Origin: the human T2T-CHM13v2.0 reference genome, Homo sapiens
Assembly (NCBI RefSeq): GCF_009914755.1
Contig: NC_060925.1
Direction: 5' to 3' (one strand)
Length of the DNA: 64,000 bases
The position numbers and the translations under genes were made by a program. Positions 11,872-28,250 of the stretch are shown piece by piece (within the stretch, counting starts at the first letter, position 1; the number at the start of each line of letters is the position of its first letter). The notes below the pieces were generated by a model. It ran no database searches. It was not told the DNA's origin and was given only the letters and a program-made list of their open reading frames with translations.

Positions 11872-13476
11872 TCACATGAGTGTGCAGTCGGGCCCATTGC
11901 CATCCAAAGATGGAGTGTCTCAAGGTGATCTGGGAGAACTTTGCTTGGAGTTGAGTGATGCCTCCCAAACATGTATATCCTGGCCTCCCTCCCACACCCA
12001 ACTTGGTGTCCTCAGAATCTTCTAACACAGACTGGAGTAAGCACTGTGCATGTTAATGAACAGCCAGAGAATCACTGATTGGAATGTAAGGAATGGGGCT
12101 GAATTTAACAAACATCTACTGGTGCCTTCTCCAAGAATTTTAGGGAGGAGAGTCACATGGTTAGTTTTGCGTTTGGGAAAACACCTCTCCATGCAGTGTG
12201 GAGAGTGAAAGGGGCATGCAAAGGCTGGAGAAGAGAAATCCAGGGATCTGCTACAGTGGCCACAACACCAGTGCCTGGACCTGGGCAGGAAGTGCCCATG
12301 GGAACAGATCTGAGCCCTGTTGAGGAGGTAGAGAAGCCGGGGTGTGGCTGCTGGAACACAGTGCCAAGCTGGGAGAATGGGTACAGGCAGGAGGCAGGGC
12401 TTCAGGTGACTCCCAGGTTTCTGGCGTAGGCAGCTGGGTAGATGCTAGTGCCTCAGTAGGGGCCAGAGCAAGTTTGGGGGGTTGGAGGATTAATGAGCTA
12501 TAGATTTTGAGGTATTATGCTTGCAGTGCCTGTGGACTTTCCAGAGGGAGACATCTGGAAGGCTGCAAAATCCCTGCATCTGGAGTGGAACATCTGGGAG
12601 CCGTCTGCAGCACAGGGATGGTAACTGAGGCCTGGGAGCTCATGGTCTCCCCAGTGTGTGTAGCGGGGGTAGGGGTGTTGAGGGGAGAGCACAGAAAGAA
12701 GGAGACACGCCCCCAACACACAAAGGTCTTTCAAAGGAAGAAGGGGCAGGAGGAAACAGGAGGAAGCAACCCCAGGAAAGTGGGGTATCCCAGGAGCCAA
12801 GCAAGGACAGACTTAAGGAGGGTGGGGGGGTCACAGCTGTGCCACCCCCTCCAACCAGTGCCCTCAGCACTCAAGTCCCAGGTTCTGCCTTCCCCACCCC
12901 AGTATCCTCCACTTCCCTGAAAAACCCAGGGAAAGGAAAGGATCCCCTGGGCTATGCTTTGGGAGTGGTGGGGGAAGGGGATGAACAGGAAGGACACCAG
13001 GTGATCAACAGGAGGAAAACATACCTCCTGGGTCAAAGTCCCAAGCTTTAGAGCAAAACAAGTTGTTCCAGAAAAGAGGGAGCATGGGTGGACACTTGGC
13101 TTTGAGGCTGGTCCCTCCTCCCTGGAGGTCTTCACACGGGTGGAGGGTCATCTCCCCAGCTGTATGGACACAGCCCTGATCCCCATGGTAACAAGGTGGG
13201 CCCCCCTACTGGTCTGGCTGGGGCCCAGGGTCTGGACTAAGGTCTCAGCAGCCCCACAGGGCTGCACCGTGTGTCCTGAGCAGCTGTTCCATCGACGTTC
13301 AGTTCCTCCTTCCTGTTCCAGCCCAGCTGTCACGCAAAACCATCAGGCCCCTTAGACAAGCCCTCCATCCAGCCAGACCTTATGCGATTGCCCTTCAGAA
13401 AAGCCAAAGTGGGCCTGGACTGTTTCCAGGAGTCTCCTTCCTCCCAACCCCATCTTGTCAGCCATTCCACTCACTG

Positions 13477-13490
13477 CCAGCAGGTGGCAG
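13477..13490 (+). promoter_or_regulatory. CTCF motif (probable human TAL1 +40 CTCF site)
   Basis: CCAGCAGGTGGCAG matches the CCASYAGRKGGCRS core at every position; ~39 kb from promoter 1a, between the PDZK1IP1 promoter and TAL1. Confidence 0.75.
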
Positions 13491-13839
13491 TGTCTAGCTC
13501 CAATACCAGACTGGGCGTGCAGGGAGCCAGTTTGCTGCTGAAGATTCTGCAACTTCCCCTCCCTCCAGCCCCCACTTTTGCCCTCCTCCAGGGGTGGTCT
13601 GAAGAAAGGGACGGTGGACATTGACATGTAAATAGTCTGGGAACAGCATACAGGGAGTGCTCAGGGCTCTGACATAGGGCAGCGTGGTGGACTACATTGC
13701 TAAGGAAGGCATCCTGGAGGAGGTAATGCAGGCAAAGTTAGCCAGAGTGTTGTACTCGGCAGACAGTCTGGGGAGAGGAATCCAGGCAAAGAGCTTAGCC
13801 TGAGAAAAAGTACAGAGAACATTCAAGAAGGGTGTTTAG

Positions 13840-14150
<311 letters not shown>

Positions 14151-14239
14151 TCTTTACTAATTCTTATAATACTTCATCTTGTTAATATCATTGCTGTAAG
14201 CCAGAGAGCTCCTGGAGACCTTGTTTTATTCTTTCAAAC

Positions 14240-14810
14240 GTATCTTGCTTAAACCCTTTTATGGCATTCATCAGCCCTTAAAATAATATGCAAACTTCTT
14301 TGCATGGGTTTCAGGGCACAGGCAATCTTCCTTACCCACCACTCCAGCTTGGTCTGGCCCCGGAGCCTCCTGTCACTTCCTAACAAAAGCCAAGCTCTTT
14401 CCCACATCAGAGACTTCTCTCCACTTGCTCTTTTCTCTGCCTGGAACACTCTTCCACTCCTATTTGCCCAGCAAACTGATCTTCCTTTACATCCCTTTCT
14501 TCAAGAATACTTCTTTACTTCCCTTCTCTCCCATCTGAAGTCACTCCCTTCTATGAGTCTCCTTTGCTCATCTCCTCACAGCCATGATCACAAGTTGCAA
14601 TTACACACTGATTTGTATGTTTACTCATTTAATAACTGTCTCCATGGAGGGAAGGTATCATGTCTATCTCTCCCTCAGCAGCCAGTACTGAGCACAGTGC
14701 CTGAGTACACACTCGACACACATTTTATGAAATTAAATGTCAGTATATGCAGTGCCTACCACTGGCCTAACAAAGAGCAGAAGCTCAGAGAAAGGTTGTT
14801 CAATGAATAA
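14240..14810 (+). mobile_element. L2 3' fragments
   Basis: CTCTGCCTGGAACACTCTTCC...AGCACAGTGCCTGAGTACAC, typical of the L2 3' end. Confidence 0.6.
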
Positions 14811-15044
14811 AACATTTTAGCTGTAGTTGAGTCCTTGTCTCTCTCCACTCTCTATCTGTGGGGCAAGGACTGTGTCTGATTCATCTCTGTATGTGAAGGA
14901 GAAGACAAGGCAACCATTCCTCTGACAGTTAGAGCTGTTCAGCCTGATATGAGGGTGTCCTGGAGGGTGAGCTCTCCTTCCCTAGACATGTAAGAGCAGA
15001 GGCCATGGACCAGGTCACCCAATGAGGTGTCTGCAAAAGGGGTT

Positions 15045-15615
<571 letters not shown>

Positions 15616-15871
15616 GGGTTGTAGCCCTTCCAGGTCTGGAGCCTATGATCCTGTGATTCCGTTAACAGAATATGATAGCTTTTCATATTTTGATAAGGTC
15701 CCAAGGAAGCAGGCTGGTTAGGACTGTGGTGAGCCCCTCTCCTCTCAGACTTAAGAATTCATTCACCTGGCTCCCCTTCATGTAACACTCCCTTCCCAGA
15801 GGGCTGTGGACAGAACTCTAGCTCATGAACATGGACAGGGAAACATTATATCTGTATTTCACTAACCTCTA

Positions 15872-16258
<387 letters not shown>

Positions 16259-16498
16259 TCATATCACCATATAATTATTGCAGATATCTAGATATATCTT
16301 ATGCTCACCACTGTAGAAGTACAATAGTCATTGGACCTTCCACAAGATCTTGTTGTTGAATACATTATAAATGGACACATAAATCACTATATTACAAACT
16401 TATATTTTTAGTATTTTGATAAGTACATTTCAATATAACTGACTTCCTTTGCAATGCTATGCATTTTATTTTATGCACTTAAAAACATTATTGTGAGA

Positions 16499-16810
16499 GG
16501 CCGGGCACGGTGGCTCACATCTGTAATCACAGTACTTTTGGAGGCGGAGGCGGGCAGATCATCTGAGGTCAGGAGTCTGAGACCAGCCTGGGCAACGTGG
16601 CGAAACCCCATCTCTACTAAAAATAACAAAAATTAGCCAGGAGTGGTGGCATGTGCCTATAGTCCCAGCTACTCAGGAGGCTGAGGCAGAAGAATTGCTT
16701 GAACCTGGAAGGCAGAGGTTACAGTGAGCTGAGATCGTGCCATTGCACTCCGGCCTGGGTGACAGAGTGAGACTCGGTCTCAGAAATATATTAATTAATT
16801 AATTTAATTT
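16499..16810 (+). mobile_element. Alu (AluS-like)
   Basis: Consensus Alu with AT-rich tail. Confidence 0.95.
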
Positions 16811-17671
16811 ATCAATAAATAAAAATATTACTGTGAGAAGGGGTCCTTAGGCTTCATCAGACTGCCCAAGGGTTCCATGGCACAAAGAGAGTTAAGTCCT
16901 GGCTCACCGGGAGCCTAGGGCATATCTGCTCAAAACAATGCCATGTGATCTTAAGGTCAGACCTGGAGAAAGATTGGCAGCTCTCTGGACAGAGGCTTTC
17001 TGGAGCACAGAGCTAGGCTCTATGATCAGATTGAATGGGTGCTAACGCCCACAGGGTCTCCAGTGTCTGGGAGCTGGAAGGGGCAGAAAGCACCAGCCCA
17101 GAGCCAGTCAAGCCAAGGAATGCACTGGCTGTGACTCCTGGGTCCTAGGCGACCCCATTGGGCTGGGGAGATTTATGGCCAGGACCCCACAGTGGGGGAA
17201 GATCAATCAACCCATCCTGCTGCCCACTCATCCAGCCAAGAAATTCAAGGGCTGGCCCCATGCCAGAAGCCCGGCCTGCCAGCAGAGGTCCCAAAGCCAA
17301 ATCTTACCCTACTGGTTCCAAGCACATCCTTTCCCTACCCAGGGCTCCAGGCCAGCAGTGGAAGCAAGCTGGGAGTACTGGGTTCTAGAATCACAATCTC
17401 TTCAAGCCTGAAAGCTCATTCTAAATGATGTAATCTTGCTCCTTATTTTTCAGCTGGGGAAACTGTGACCCAGAAATGGACAGTCATCAACTAAAAGTCA
17501 CAGAGCAAGTCAATGGGAGAGATGGGGCTAAACTCCAGGAGTCCCTATGTCCAGCCCAGGGTTCAGTCCCTCTGTCAAGCACCTGCTATTGGTCAGTTTC
17601 TCAAATAACATCCTAGCTTTCTTTCATTCATTCACTCAACACATGTTTAGTGGCTACTATGGGACTGGAAA

Positions 17672-18356
<685 letters not shown>

Positions 18357-18499
18357 GAGAATAAGATCAAGATTACATTATACAGTTTTGTAATTACAGT
18401 TGCAGTAAATGTTTCAAAGGGAAGGTACAGTTGCTAAAAGTAAATAAAAGAGTTTGCCATCTAGTCTAGGAAGTCAGGAAAAGGTAGTATGAAATCTAA

Positions 18500-19900
18500 G
18501 ATTCATTCATTGAACAAGTAATTATTGAGAGCCTCCTGTGGACCAGGCACTGTTCAAGATGCTAGGGATACAGGAATGAACAAAACAAAGCCCCTGCCTT
18601 TATAGAAATGACATTCTAGAGGGGTCAGCCAGGAAACAGACAGATAAAACAGTTCCAATGACAATATGGAAAAGTTCAGGATCAGGAAAATGGTGGGGGG
18701 GGGCTACAAGAAGAGGGTGTGCTATTTTATACAGATTCTCAGGGAAGGCGCCTCTAAGAAGTGACATTTGAGCCAAGAGTTGAAAGTGAGGAAGTAAGAT
18801 GTTCAGCGGTGGATGGGGGAAGACCCCAGGCAAGGAGACAGGCAAGTGCAAAGGCCCTGAGGAAGGAGGCTGGAGGGAGTCAGTGTGGCTGAAGGGAGTG
18901 CAGGGAGAGCGGAGGAGATGAGGTTGGAAAGCAAGGGTGTGGCCCCCTCATCTGGCGTGTTGTGAGTGGTTGTAAGGACTCTGGCTTTTACTCCAATGAG
19001 ACCAAAGAGCTACTGGAGGGATCTGAGCACAGGAGACATGATTTGACTGCCATGTGGAGAAGAGACAGTGGGAGAAAGAAGAGAGAACAGGGAGGCCGGC
19101 AAGGAGCCTTCCACAGTGCTCCAGGTGAGAGGCGAGGACAACTCAAGGCAACTGGGATCTGGAGCAGCTGTGGAGCTGAGGATCCGTGCTCTGAGTCTAG
19201 ATGTATTTTGCGGGTAAACCCAACCTGGTCTGGAATGTGAGAGGAAGAGAGAAGCCAAGAATGGTTCTGAGGTTTTTAGTCTGCTCAGCTGGAGCAGACT
19301 GAGATGGAGAAGATTGCAGGAGGAGGAGGCTTTTTTTCTGAAGGAGGGGCAGGATTCACGAGTTTGGTTTGGAGAAAGGAATGTGAGTCTGGAGGTCAGA
19401 ACTGAGGTCCAGGCTGGAGACGTACATTTGGGACATGTGGGTGCAGCCGTGGAGGCACTCCTCTAGGACCTAGAGAGAGAAAATCTGCAACAACTGGGGT
19501 TGGGGAGTGGTGTAGAAGAGAGCACCTCCAGGTTGGGAGGAGCAGGGAGGGAAAGTCACACCACACAATGAGCTGATGGGAGATGGGCCTGGCTGGAGAG
19601 CAGAGGGTGGTCAGGAAAGAGGTCTCGAGAGCCTTGCAGGACCTAAGAGATGCGGTCATCATCACCTTAGAGATAATACAGATAATACAGGTTTTAGGCA
19701 AAGATGCGATGTGGGAAAGTCTTGCATTTTGGCAAGCTCTCTCCAACTGCAGCTGGAAGAATGGTCCGAACAGGGAAGTGGGCAGTGAGCAGGCTGTGGA
19801 AGGGATCCAGGAGAAGGATGGTGATGGCTTGGGTTAAAACAGTGCACAGAGAGAATTGGAGGATGGAAGAGCAATTTAAGGGGTACAAGTGGCAGGATAA
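18500..19900 (-). mobile_element. L2 fragments
   Basis: TTCATTCATTGAACAAGTA...CCAGGCACTGTTC...AAGTGCAAAGGCCCTGAGG, typical antisense L2. Confidence 0.75.
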
Positions 19901-19925
19901 GCTAGCTGCATAGACGCAGAAGTGA

Positions 19926-20315
<390 letters not shown>

Positions 20316-22587
20316 GGTGCTATTTTTTAAACTAGAGGAAACTAGAAGAGCAGCAAGCTGGGATTGAGGAGAGGGCATGTGGTTATTCATTTAACACACC
20401 TTTCGTAGGTGTCTTCCTGTGCCAAGCACTGTTCTAAAGTACCATAGCTCCACAGCCGTGCCAAAGGGAGCTCACAGGTTAGTGGGTGCAGTGAGCAAAG
20501 AGCAATGCGCCGATGACGATGAGTCCCAGTGTGGACAGGCTGTTTGCAGCACCCGGAGGACATCTCAGGACGCAGCTCCATGTTTTGGTCTGGCATTCCT
20601 GGGAGGGATCTGTGCTGGGAATAGAGGCTTGGAATTCAACAGCTTATGGATGGTGACTGAGGCCTCCGGCAGGGATGACACGGTCCAGGATAGGGGGATG
20701 AGAAGCTGGGCTAACACCCGCCCTAAGCAACACCTGCTTAAATGGATAGGGAGGGGGTATCTATCTGAACTGAGGAGTAAATAAAGAAGCAATATACATT
20801 GTCTTCTAGACCACTTAGGGTAAGACTACAAGCATTGGCCACACCTCACATTTCAGGGCATGTGGAGTCATGGAACTGATTTCATTCAACATTTTAATTA
20901 ACTAAAACTGTTTTCTTCCCTTGTTACTAATTTTGCCTTTAGTCTGTTAAATACTTGGAGGAGCTGAAATTTCCAGCCTGAAGAGTAGCAGTCTCAGAGG
21001 CCTCTGTCTCCAGATATCTGCAGGGCTGCACCAGATCAGAGAGAGAAACTGTGCTCTGTGCCCTCTGAGCATGGAGCTGAGGATGATGAAAAGAGTCACT
21101 GGGAGGCTGGATTTGGTTCAGTGAGAGAAAGCTGTCTAGTGATGACAGAGATGACCCTGAAAGGTGGTGAGCTTCCCATTCCCAGAGGTATGTGAATAGA
21201 AACCTTGAGCTTCCAGAAGGAGGTGGGCAGTGAGAGGTGTTGCAGGCATGTTTTGCCAGCCACACATTGGACACCCCTTGCTCAGTCAAGAAGCCACATC
21301 CAAACCCTCGGACCCTTTCACACTTGGAGCTTTTGTTTGAAAGGTCAGACTTCAACCCTCAAAATGAAGATGACTTTAAAAAGCTGGAGATGGACCAAAA
21401 AGTAAACAAAATGCAATTATAATTTCATAGATGGAAAGTAAAACAAATTTTTTTAAAAAGAAGAAGGAAATAAAATAATACATAAATGGGTGATCTGGGC
21501 TGATTCTGTGATTTTTTTCTTCTCTTTCTGTTCTTTCCAGAGTTTCTATAATAAAGATTATTTAGTTGAGGGGAGGGACAAATTTGTAGTTTCCAACTAA
21601 ACAAAATAAGTGTGCATTAAAAGACAAAATCAAGTCATTTTTCGGATTTTTACTAATGCCTTTAAATAGCCCAAAAGTTGAACCAGAGGCCCACTTTGCC
21701 AGAGAATCTGTCCACAGCCAGGCAGGGCTGCTAGGGCCCAGTCTGCCTGCTTTCTGTAATTGGAGGCTTCCCCTCCCACATTCTTCCGCAGAGGCTTCCA
21801 CGTGCCAGCACACACACAGGAGACAGCTGTGGTCCTGCCTCCAGCACAGTGTGGCGAGAGAAGCATGTAACTTCTTGAAGGAATGCCCACTATGTGCCAG
21901 GCACTGTGCAAGGTACTTTGGATTCATAACCCATTTATTCCCCACAATATAAGGTGAGTGCTATATCCCCATTTTACTGATAAGAACATGGAGGTTCAAA
22001 GGAATTAAGCTCAGAAAGCAGAATTTTAACCCAACTTTATTTGATTCCAAAGCAGAAATTGAAATTTTAACCCGTCTATTTGTTTCCAAAACTCTTAAGC
22101 ATTATATTATACTATCTCCTCACATTTAAAATAATTGCTATTAAACAGTGAGCGCTGTGAAGGAGGCATATAATCTGAATGCCAGGAAAGGAGTCATTAA
22201 GTTCTTTTGGGAGAGGGGAAAACCAGGGAAAGCTTCCAGGAAGAGGTGACACTTGAACTGAGCTTTGAAAGATGATTAAGAATTTATCAGAACATAGCAT
22301 ATAACCTGACAGAGCAGATAGATGTTCAGTAATTTTTAATTAAATCAACTAATAAAGATAGTAACATTTACAGATGAAATAATATGAAGTTTGAGATTTG
22401 CTTCATAATAAGCCATTGTGGGGAGAGGGAGCATGGAGACAGATAGAAGTATAGGCAAAACAAGATTACTCACATGTTGACAATTGCTGAAACTGGATTC
22501 ATGCCATTTATTATTCTCTACTTTAATATATGTTTGAAAATGTCCATAATAAAAAATTTAAGACAATTTTAAAAGATGCTTAGTGTT

Positions 22588-22886
22588 GGCCGGGCATGGT
22601 GGCTCAGGCCTGTAATCCCAGTACTTGAGAGGCCAAGTCAGGTGTATCACCTGAGGTCAGGAGTTTGAGACCAGCCTGGCCAATACAATGAAACCCCATC
22701 TCTACTAAAAATACAAAAACTAACCGGGGAGGTGGCATGCGTCTGTAATCCCAGCTACTCAGGAGGCTGAGGCAGGAGGATGGCTTGAACCTAGGAGGCA
22801 AAGGTTGTGAGCCGAGATCACACCACTGCACTCCAGCCTAGGCAACGGAGGGAGACTCCGTCTCAAAAAATAAAAATAAAAATAAA
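22588..22886 (+). mobile_element. Alu
   Basis: Consensus; TSD ATGCT(T/G)AGTGTT. Confidence 0.95.
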
Positions 22887-23062
22887 TGCTGAGTGTTCAC
22901 TCTAACTATACTTTGACCTCTTTCAAAAATACTTGAAAGCTAAAGGTAAGTATCTTGAAAACCAAAAAACAAAAAAAAAAAACAGGAAGGGAGGGGGAAG
23001 GGAGGAAGGGAAGGAAAGGAGGAGGGAGGTGGGATGGAGGAGCACAAAAGAAGAAATTGTAT

Positions 23063-25730
23063 CAATAAGGCAATCCCATTTATAATAGCTACAAAAAATA
23101 AAATAAAATACCTAGAAATAAATTTAAGGAAGTAAAAGACCTCTACAAGGTCAACTACAAAATACTCATCAAAGAAATTGAAGAGGACACAAACAAATGG
23201 AAAGACATCTTATGCTCATGGATTGGAAGAATTAATATTGTTAAAATGACAATAGTAATTGAAAGTAATTTATACATTCAATGCAATCCCTATCAAAATA
23301 CCAAGATATTTTTCACAGAAATAAAAAAAATCTAAAATTCATATGGGACCAAAAAAGAGCCCAAACAGCCAAAGCAATCCTAAGCAAAAAGAACAAAGCT
23401 GGAGACATTACACTACTTGGCTTTAAAATATATTACAAAGCTATAGCAACCAAAACTGTGTGGTATTGGTATAAAAATACGTACATAGACCAATGGAACA
23501 GAACAGAGAAACCAGAAATAAATTCATATATTTATAGTCACCTGATTTTCAACAAGGATGCCAGGAACCTACATTGGGAAAAGGATACCCTCTTCAATAA
23601 ATGGTGCTGGGGAAATTGGACATCTATATTCAGAAGAATGAGATTGTACTCCTATCTCTCACCATATACAAAAATCAACTCACGATGGATTAAAGACTGA
23701 AATGTAAGGCCTAGAACTGCAAAAGTACTGGAAGAAAACATAGGAGAAACACTTCAGGTTGATCGATCTAGGCAAAGACTTTATGGCTAAGATCCCAAAA
23801 GAACAGGCAATTAAAACAAAAATAGGTAAATGGGACTATATTAAACTTGAAAGCTTATCCACAGAAAAAAAAGAGTGAAGAGACAACCTACAGAATGGGA
23901 GAAAATATTTGCAAACTAGTCATTTAACAAGGAACTATATCCAGAATATACAAGAAACTCAGGAGCAAAACAAGAAACAATATCATTAAAAAGTGGGCAA
24001 AGGATCTGAATAGACATTTCTCAAAAGAAGATATACTAACGGCCAACAGGCATATGAAAGAACATTCAACATCACTAATCATCAAGGAAATGCAAATCAA
24101 AACCACAATGAGATATCATCTTACCCCAGTTAGAATGACTATTATCAAAAAGACAGAAAATAACAGATGCTGGCAAGGATGCAGAGAAAAGAGAACTCTT
24201 ATACACTATTGGTGAGAACATAAATTAGAACAGTGTTTATGGAAAACAGTATGGAGATTTCTCAAAAAACTAAAAACAGAACTACCATATCATCCAGGGA
24301 GCCCACTATTGGGTGTTTATCCAAAGGGAAAAAAATCAGTATTTCAAAGAAATACATGCATCCTCGTGTTTACTGCAGCACTATTCACAATAGCAAAGAC
24401 ATGGAATCAACTTGTGTCCATCAATGAAAGAACGGATAAAGAAAATATGGTGAATATACACAATGGAATACTATTCATCCATAAAAAAGGGTGAAATCCT
24501 GTCATATGCAGGAACATAAATGGAACTGGAGGTCATTATGTTAAGTAAAATAAGCCAGATACAGGAAAACAGATATTTCATGTTCTTATTCATATTTGGA
24601 AACTTAAAAAAATTGATCTTATGCAGGTAAAGTAGAGTGATAGTTACCAGAGGCTGAGAAAGGTGTGTGGGATGAAGAGAGGTTGGTTAATGGGTACAAA
24701 CATCCAGTGAGATAGAAGGAATAAGTTCTACTGTTCAATAGCAGAATAGGGTGACTACAGCTAACAACGGTGTATTGCATATTTCAAAATAGCAGCCGGG
24801 CATGGTTGTTCAAGCCTGTAATCCCAGCACTTCCTAGCACCTTGAACCCCTGTCTTCCCCATTATCCAGCACTCCACACCTCCCCACTCTTCTCCTCCTT
24901 CTCTGGTTGCTCCTTCTGTCTCCTCCAGCTGTTTCTCTCCCCTTGCCCAGCTTTGAGATGCTGCATTCCTCAGAAATCTTGTTCCACTTCTCATTCCACA
25001 CCCTCTTGGTGGGTGAATCCCATGATGTAAATTACCACCTCTATGTTGATAACTTCCAAATCTATATTTACAGGCTTGGTATTTCTGCAGAGTTTCAAGT
25101 CTGCATATCCAACTATGTTGTCAACATCTCCACTTGATTTCACAGACATCTCAAGCTCAGCATACCCAGAGTGAATTTACTCTTTCCCCTAAGCCTGCTC
25201 CTCTCCTTGTACCCCCTGTCGTTCTATGCTCCTCAGTAAATGGAACCACCATATAACTGGTTGTTCAAATTAGAAAAATTGACACCATCCTTGGGAGGCC
25301 GGGGCTGGTGGATCACCTGAGGTCAGGAGTTCGAGACCAACCTGGCCAACATGGTGAAACTCCATCTCTACTAAAAATACAAAAATTAGCTGAACGTGGT
25401 GGTGGGCACCTGTAATCCCAGCAACTTGGGAGGCTGAGGAGGAGAATCACTTGAATCTGGGGGGTGGAGGTTGCAGTGAGCCAAGATCGTGCCGTTGCAC
25501 CCCAGCCTGGGCAACAAGAGCCAAACTCTGATTCAAAAAAAAAAAAAAAATAGCTAGAAAAGAGGATTTGAAATGCTCCCAACACAAAGAAATGACAAAT
25601 ACTCGAGGTGATGGATGTCCTAAATACCCTGCCTTGGTCATTATACATCCTATGCATGTAACAAAAATCACATGTACCCCATAAATATGTACAAATATTA
25701 TGTATCAATAAAAATAAAATAAAAAAGAAG
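23063..25730 (+). mobile_element. 5'-truncated L1 (L1MA-like): degenerate ORF2 C-terminal part and 3'UTR, interrupted at 24794-25550
   Basis: ORF 23281-23700 has ORF2 motifs ([37 protein letters not shown]); A-rich tail at ~25710. Confidence 0.95.
24794..25550 (+). mobile_element. Alu (24794-24832 + 25291-25550) split by a ~458 bp L2 RT-region fragment
   Basis: Alu halves join as CCCAGCACTT/TTGGGAGGCC; TSD AAAATAGC; insert translates to YHLYVDNFQIY (L2 YHLYADD-like). Confidence 0.88.
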
Positions 25731-25979
25731 AAATTACAATAGTATATATGGGTTACAGAGCTTGAGTTTTGAAATGGGACACATATAAGTTGGGATCCGG
25801 TTCTGCTTTTTCCTCGTGGTGTGACTTTAGTGAGTCCCTTGCCCCCTTGGGTTTTAGTTTATCCATCTAAATAATGGGGGTGATAATAGCACCCTCCTCT
25901 TGGGTTTGTTGGGGGAGTGAGGTGAGAAGGTGCTAGAAAGCACTTGGCATAGTGCTCACTGAGCACTATGACCCAGCCC

Positions 25980-27105
25980 TGACTGCATTATACACCATCC
26001 AAATGCAGATCTCTCCCAAAGTTACATTTCCAACCCAGACCACTCCACTGACAGGGTCTCAAACATAAGATGTCCTGAACTGAGCTCCTGAGCTCACCCC
26101 ACTGAAAACCAGCTCCTCCCACAGCCTTCCTGCTTAGTATGCGGTGTTCTGGCCCTCCAGCGATTCAGAGGAAGGATCTCATAGTTGATTTTGACGTTCC
26201 CCTCTGACGCTTTCCACACTGGATCCATCAGTAGATCCTCTTGGCTCTTTCTAAATATATCTAGACTTCTATAATAATACTTATTACCACCTCCATTGCT
26301 GCAACATCCAAGCCCCTTATCGCTCATTAGCCTTATCACAATAGTGTCCTAACTGATCTCCCCAATTTTGCTATGCTCCATTCTGTCTGCTCTCACCATG
26401 ACAGCCAGAGAGATTCTTTCGAAAATTTAGTCCCTTGCCTATTCAATATCCTCTGATGGGGCCAGGCGCAGTGGCTCACACCTATAATCCCAGCACTCTG
26501 AGAGGCCGAGGCTGGAGGACTGCTTGAGCTCTGGAGTTCGAGACCAGCCTGGGCAACATAGTGAGACCTCATCTCTACTAAAAACCAAAGGCATGGTGGC
26601 GCCTGCCTGTGGTTCCAGCTACTCAGTGGGCTGAGGTAGGAGGATTGCCTGAGCCTGGGAGATCAAGGCTGCAGTGAGCTATAATTACACCAGTGCACTC
26701 CAACCTGAGCAACAGAGAGGGACCCTGTCTCAAAAATAAATAAATAAATATAAATAAAAGAATAATAAAACAAATCCTCCAATGTTATTGCATCCCACCC
26801 AAAGTAAAAGCCAAAGTCCCTATGTGGACTAGAGGCTCCATGTGGTACCTCTCCAACCCATCTCTCACTCCTCTCCTCCTCATTCCAGCCATTCCTGCTT
26901 CCTTGCTGCCCTGAACCAGTCCATGCCAGGCACACTGCAGCCTCAGGGCCCTTGCACTAGCTGTTCCCCTCCATTACACTCTTTCCCCAAATATCTGCAT
27001 GGCTTATTGCCTCATCTCCTTCAGGTCTTTACTCCGGTGACCCCTATTCTGCGAGACCCTCTTGCTTACTTCCAAAAAAGGCCCTCCCTTCATTGAAAAC
27101 CCCCT

Positions 27106-27154
<49 letters not shown>

Positions 27155-27300
27155 TATTCCCTTTCCCAGCTTCATTCTTCTCTTTGGCATTTATCCCCAT
27201 CCAATCCACTAATTATTTAACTTATTTTTCTTATTTATCATCTGTCTCTCCACTAAGAATATAAACTTCACCAAAGAAAATGTTTCTTTTTCATTGCTCT
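25980..27300 (+). mobile_element. L2 fragments with an inserted AluJ-like element (26460-26765)
   Basis: L2 motifs (CCTAACTGATCTCCC, CCTCAGGGCCCTTGCACTAGCTGTTCCC); Alu consensus. Confidence 0.8.
27109..27150. repeat. (CA)n microsatellite
   Basis: Pure AC run. Confidence 0.97.
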
Positions 27301-27310
27301 ATTCTGGTCA

Positions 27311-27559
<249 letters not shown>

Positions 27560-27759
27560 TTAAAAGTGACATGCCAAGGGGCTACATTGGAGCATTGAAG
27601 CCCCCTTCAATCACACAAGCAGGTGCCTACCTCTCCTGCAACTTTCCTGCAAAATCAGGATGCCAGTGCATGATGCAAACCCTTTCCGACTAGAGATGGA
27701 GCCGGGAAAGATGCAAGCTCTGGGCTGGAGGGTCAGCGAGGACACTCTGTGCAGAGGCT

Positions 27760-28250
27760 TTGGCCTTGTGTACCATGGACCTCTGGGGCAGTGTGGTGGA
27801 GTCTATGATCCCCTTAAAAATTAATGCCTTAAACACATAAAATAAAATACATAGAATAATGAAAATCAAAGGCATTGAAATACAATTGTCAAGATATTTT
27901 AAATTTTTATGATGTAATTATATGTGTGCCTCCTTACTCATGGATTAAATGAAAAGATCTAGCAACAAGTCTAATACCAACCATAATTTCAAAATAATGA
28001 TTGGGAACAATATTTCAAGGTAATCTATCATCTGGGATGTAATTTCTGTTGGTAACGAAAGTCGCAGACACTCTTTGCTAGTGCTGTGATTTGCTGCCTA
28101 CATTAACAATGGAAGGAAAAGCTATGTTTCAGTCACAGGGTGATGAAAATAAAGATGTAACATTTTTCCCATTTAGGTTTATGTCCCGTTGAGTTTTCTC
28201 CTTGGAGTTCTTGGGTGTCCCTGGACTCACCTTGGAGATGCCCTGCTCTA
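27760..28250. mobile_element. Old MER/hAT-like DNA transposon relic
   Basis: Start similar in reverse complement to 16830-16890; AT-rich body. Confidence 0.5.

Noticed and set aside
23281-23700. 139-aa ORF resembling a reverse-transcriptase protein
   Set aside because: Fragment of a frameshifted, truncated L1 ORF2.
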